From Eledone cirrhosa (taxonomy: Eukaryota): a stretch of 64,000 nt of DNA. Under the pieces are notes generated by a model. That model did not search any database, was not told where the DNA came from, and was given only the letters and a program-made list of their open reading frames with translations. This document shows, one piece after another, positions 59,276 through 64,000 of this stretch (position 1 is the stretch's first letter; each line of letters opens with the position of its first letter). The stretch spans positions 90,086,001 through 90,150,000 of the forward strand of contig OZ024741.1 in assembly GCA_964016885.1 (NCBI GenBank), read 5' to 3'. The translations under genes were made by a program, and so were the position numbers.

Positions 59276-61402
59276 TGTCTTTTCGGGTAGTGTTTTCGAT
59301 GCTCAGAGAGTGAGATGAAGTTGGCATAGTTTGGACCCATTCTGGTTCCCATCGCTACCCCAGAAACCTACTGGTAAAATTCACCCGAAAAAGAAAATCC
59401 ATTAAGGGTGAGAACAAGCTCAGCCAGACGGAGAAGAGTGGTAGTGCTGGGGTAAGGGGTAGGGCGTAAATCTAAACAATGCTGGAGAGCGCGGAGGGAC
59501 CAGGAGGGAAGGAGAAAGAGTTGAAGAGTCTAAGGGCATGATTTGTATCGTGGATGTGGGAGGGGAGATTGCCGACCAACGGGGCGAGGATGGTGTCTAA
59601 ATATTCAGAAATTATCTCGGTGGGGGCAGTTGCACGCAGAAACGATAGGACGGCCAGGATCATTTTGTTTGTGTATTTTGGGGAGGAAGTGTGCGAGGGG
59701 TGCGTACAATAAGGTTGGTGGCTGTGGGGGGTAGGTGAGAGGAGGAGATGAGCTCGTGGATGTTGGAGGACACGAGTTGTTGGTAGCCAGGAGTGGGGTC
59801 GGAGGATAAAGGGCGGTAAAAAAGGGTATTGTGAAGCTGGCGGAGAGCCTCAGCCCTATAGATGTCAGCACTCCAAACCACCACAGTGCCACCTTTGTCA
59901 GCGAGTTTGATGACAATGTCAACGCGACGCCGAAGGTTGCGAAGAGCGGAGAGCTCAGTCCGCGTGATGTTAGAGCGACGAGAATGCTGGTGGAAACGGA
60001 TCCGATTCACAGTAAACCGGCTAATATCGAGAAAGGAGTCGAGGGTGCTGAACTGGCCAGAGCTCGGCGTCCAATGTGATTGCCGGCGACCGAGACGAGT
60101 GAAGTCATCCGTCTGTGTCGATGATGGCGTGTCGTGAAAAAAAGCTTTCAGATTTAATCGACGGAAGAACCCTTCAATCTCGACACGTGTGCGGAACTCG
60201 TCGCAGGTAGATGTGTTTGGTATAAAACGCAAATAACGGGCGAGGAGGGAGGGAGCGCTCACCTTCGGAGAGTGGTAGGTCCTGGGGTTTGGTGACTACA
60301 GTGCAGGGATGTGAGAGAGTGAAAGAGGCGGAGGCGGAGGGGTCAAGGTGGTTGGGCAAAGCGTGTGCAGATTCAGTGGTAGGTGACAGGATAGAGGGGT
60401 TAGGGGTGGAGGTGATATGAGTATGGGTGGTGACGGCAGGCAGGGAGCGGAGAGAGTCGAGTTTATGATTTTTTACGGAAGTGAGGAAATTGAAAAGGAG
60501 GCGATTGAGGTAAAGGATTAATTGGATAAGGGATTGGGCTAGGAAAGGGTAGCTAGTGGAGGAGAGATGGAGGTAGGCCTTGAGGAGATCTCGGTCGAGA
60601 GAACGGATTTGGGCGAGAGTTGATCGAATGGTCGCCCGCATGAGCTGGCGAGAGGAGCGGGTAAGGATGGGCTCAGTGGTGGGAACAGAGTAAGAGGTGG
60701 GGTGAAACTTGAGGCGGAAACTGCGGGAAATGAGGTGGTGGTGGAGACAGCGACTTAAAAATGTGATGTGACTGTTGTATCGTGTTTTGGTGAAGATGAG
60801 GTTGGAGAGATCCAGGGAGGATTGGATGCATATAGGGGTGGGGGGTGGGGGGTGGAGGAAGCGCTTGAGAGTAGAATGGAGCTGGCGGAGAAAAGATTTG
60901 AAATTGGGCATATTGAAGGTACTAGGGTGGGAGTGAAAAATAGACGGGTGAGAAGAAGAAGGTGGTGTAAGAAGATTGTAGTAGAGGAAAAGTGGTAGAG
61001 AGTCGTGGAATATTTAAATGCAAGAAGCAAAGAAAATTTCAAAGATACGAAAGATTTCCTGGTGGAAGTTCAGGTGTACTCCGGGTTGGTATCCAGCTTC
61101 ATACATATTTATATCGTTAATGGCGGAGAAAGAAAAGACAATGAAAGCTTCCAGATTATTTACATCCTGCTTTGAAATATTTATAAAAGACACATAAATT
61201 ATGACTACTAAATACAGACAGCAAGCAGAAGAAGAAGACTAAAGAAAACTGACGAAGAAACATTTTCTTTCCTTCGATGTCACTTTGACGGATCAAGAAG
61301 GAAAGAAGGAAAAGCAGATCCTTTAAATATGTTTTCCGTGCTGTTTCCAATTCCACTTTTTCTCTATAACCTCTGTTTTCTATAGAACCTTATTCCCCTT
61401 TC
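58810..61402 (-). mobile_element. Internally deleted, frameshifted PLE (Neptune-like) bounded by ~295-bp inverted pLTRs (58810-59105, 61105-61402)
   Basis: FFRRLNLKAFF, IVIKLADKGG, LPKIHK...GRPIVS, SHIHDT, GVAMGTRMGPNYAN; arms carry a decayed CTGACGA HHR-like motif. Confidence 0.85.
59111..59188. mobile_element. ~80-bp Tc1/mariner-type hairpin MITE
   Basis: TA|CAGGGTGTCCCTCCAAAATATATACA...TGTATACATTTTTTGGAGACACTCTA. Confidence 0.6.
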
Positions 61403-61747
61403 ATATATTTTTATATATGACGCCAGTTTGTAATTTGAACTCGAAAATTTTATATTTTCCGAGTGAGAAAAGCCTTCTGGCGATGATCTCTTTGTCAATC
61501 GAAATCCGCTTGGATTATCTATTTATTTTGGGATCGGAAACCGCGGTAAAGGCACATATAGTAAGTAGAGTGAATTTTTTTAAATTTATCTTAAAACTTT
61601 TTCTCTATTTGCTTGATCTTGATTATATATGTTCTGGCTTGTCAATTTATTAACTTGCCATTGAACCACACTGGCATACGGTTGGAAAATACTTGTACCC
61701 CTATGTGTATTATTTACATGTAGGAATACATACTTTTATTATATATA

Positions 61748-63957
61748 TATTGTTATACTTTGGGAGGGTCATGTTGCCAATAAGAAACACACGCACCAGT
61801 TGCTTTCACTCCAATTTATTATAAATTAAATTTATAAATTTAAGAATTTATAAATTTCCGGTTGGTTGGTTGGTTCCACAACCGGTCGATTGTTCCTATA
61901 TTGTCAAAGTTATTTCGTCACACATTATGTGACCTCTTCAGTGACTGGGGATTCTTTTCTTTGTTTTGTGCCTCTCCTTTGTTCTGTCCTACGCCATCTT
62001 GTTTTTGTGTGTGTTGTGTGCTTAGTTTGCGCATGTGTTACATCCGGGTGTCTGTGTGTGTTTATATTTGTTTATTTATTTGTTTATTTACATGTTACTG
62101 GTTGGTTGTTTGTTCTATGTGTTTGTGTTTTCATTTTGTCCTTAATTGTAAGTTGTGATGTTGCTATTCCATTCATGTTTTCTATTTAATTTTGGTTGGA
62201 GTTCATTTATGTTTATTGTCTCTGTGATTTGTCTAAACATTGCGTCTTTTCTGTGTGCAGATTTTATTTTTATTTCTATGTTATCTAATTTTCCCTTATG
62301 TTCTATTTTAGCATGTTGGTGGAGTACTGATGATTCTTTTTTATCTTGAAGCTCTCGCCAGTGTTCATTTAACCGTTCTCCTCTACTACGAGCTGTCTCA
62401 CCTATGTACACTATATTCTTATCTTTACATTGTCCTTCAGTACATCTTATGCTATATACTATGTTTCTAGTTTTACAGTTAATATGGGGGCTTAGTTTAC
62501 AGATTATGCATTTCTATTCTATACAGGGAGATCTTTGAAAAGGGTATGTATTACTAATAAGTGTTTTTATGGAGGTACCTGGTCTTTCTACTATCTTAAT
62601 ATTAAGTTTAAGTTTATCTAGGGCCCTTATAAATTTGTAAGCTAATTCACCTCTAGGGGTTGTATTGATGAACATTACACTCTGGTATTTATTGCTATTA
62701 TATCATGAGTTTATTCTATTAACCTTATTCCTAGTTCTTCTATTCTATTCCAAAATGTGCTCCTATACAAGGGGCAGGTCCCATTTGTATCATTATTTAC
62801 CATTTTTTCCCATTTGGTTCTGGCTCCTCTATATACTCTGATTTTATCTCTCTGATTGTAACCAGAGAACTGCATACGGTGGATGAAGTGTTGTATGTGT
62901 CTCTCTAGTTCTTTGGGGTTGCACATACGGGACACGTTTCTCATCACCCGTACTAAATCCGCAATCAGTATGTTGATTTTGGTGTGATCCGAAACAGCTT
63001 TTGGTGGATCAGATATTTGGAAGTCATGGGTTTGGCATAAGGGGAATGGAGGAAATGTTTTTTTGTTATTAATGGTTTCTAACCAGAGCTCTGTGTCTAG
63101 TACAGGTAATCGATGGTTGGGGTGTTTGCTTGGGTAGTCTATAGTAACTATAATACTCTGGTGGATGGAGTTAGCTATTTGCTGGATGCTTTCCATGGTG
63201 TTTTTCTCTAAATCCTGACTGTTCTCTAGAGTGGGTATTTTTACTACGATGTTTATATCATCAACCGTACCGAAAGTACATTATCAGGGTTAAGAGGTTG
63301 CTTTCTTCTAATTGTTCTTTAAGTTTATTGTCCCACCATACCATGAATAGGTTAGCTTCAAGATAAAAAAAGAATCATCAGTACTCCACCAACATGTTAA
63401 AATAGAACATAAGGGAAAATTAGAGAACATAGAAATAAAAATAAAATCTGCACACAGAAAAGACGCAATGTTTAGACAAATCACAGAGGCAATAAACATA
63501 AATGAACTCCAACCAAAATTAAATAGAAAACATGAATGGAATAGCAACATCACAACTTACAATTAAGGACAAAATGGAAATACACATACATAGAACAAAC
63601 AACCAACCAGTAACATGTAAATAAACAAATAAATAAACAAATAAACACACACACAGACACCCGGATGTAACACATGCGCAAACTAAGCACACAACACACA
63701 CAAAAACAAGATGGCGTAGGACAGAACAAAGGAGAGGCACAAAACAAAGAAAAGAATCCCCAGTCACTGAAGAGGTCACATAATGTGTGACGAAATAACT
63801 TTGACAATATATGAACAACCGTCCGGTTGTGGAACCAACCAACCGGAAATTTATAAATTCTTAAATTTATAAATTTAATTTATAATAAATTGGAGTGAAA
63901 GCAACTGGTGCGTGTGTTTCTTATTGGCAACATGACCCTCCCAAAGTATAACAATAT
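61748..63957 (-). mobile_element. 5'-truncated Penelope element with inverted 3' segment (arms 61748-62352 and 63355-63957)
   Basis: RT/GIY-YIG fragments homologous to the 32137 ORF (MESIQQIANSIH, MYIGETAR); both ends read ATTGTTATACTTTGGGAGGGTCATG. Confidence 0.92.
63763..63805 (+). ncRNA. HHR in the Penelope pLTR (mirror 61903-61945, minus)
   Basis: GTCA CTGAAGA G-GTCACA-TAATG-TGTGAC GAAA TAAC TT TGAC; stem III decayed (AGATCT in the 46133 copy). Confidence 0.72.
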
Positions 63958-64000
63958 CGGTTTCAACACACGCTTTCAGATAAAGAATCTTGCTAAACAA

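Noticed and set aside
61244-61337. Functional HHR in the 58810/61402 arms
   Set aside because: CTGACGA and stem I (GAAAA/TTTTC) are present, but GAAA reads TAAA and the cleavage triplet is unclear in both arms; counted only as a decayed motif.

Overview
Repeat-only eukaryotic DNA with no recognisable host gene. The SINE families and dense (TA)n/(CA)n tracts suggest a coleoid cephalopod, probably an octopod (inference from recalled repeat sequences, not a search). Bases 1-16318 are a 14-bp satellite (ACATTGGAATGTAT variants) with higher-order duplications, and all ORFs there are spurious. The remainder holds a dead R4/Dong-type RLE LINE flanked by (CATA)n, several Penelope-like element (PLE) fragments, a CRE-like LINE fragment, Helitrons, tRNA-derived SINEs and a telomere-like tract. 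The main signal is more than 20 type I hammerhead ribozyme (HHR) motifs from about a dozen sequence families. Most lie in inverted-repeat or tandem-plus-inverted cassettes (units of 527, 530 and 592 bp) set in or beside (TA)n or other microsatellite, always with the ribozyme sense strand pointing outward. This looks like a PLE-mobilised, retrozyme-like non-coding element system, including a family with a compensatory U3-A8 catalytic core. All folds and alignments were read by eye.
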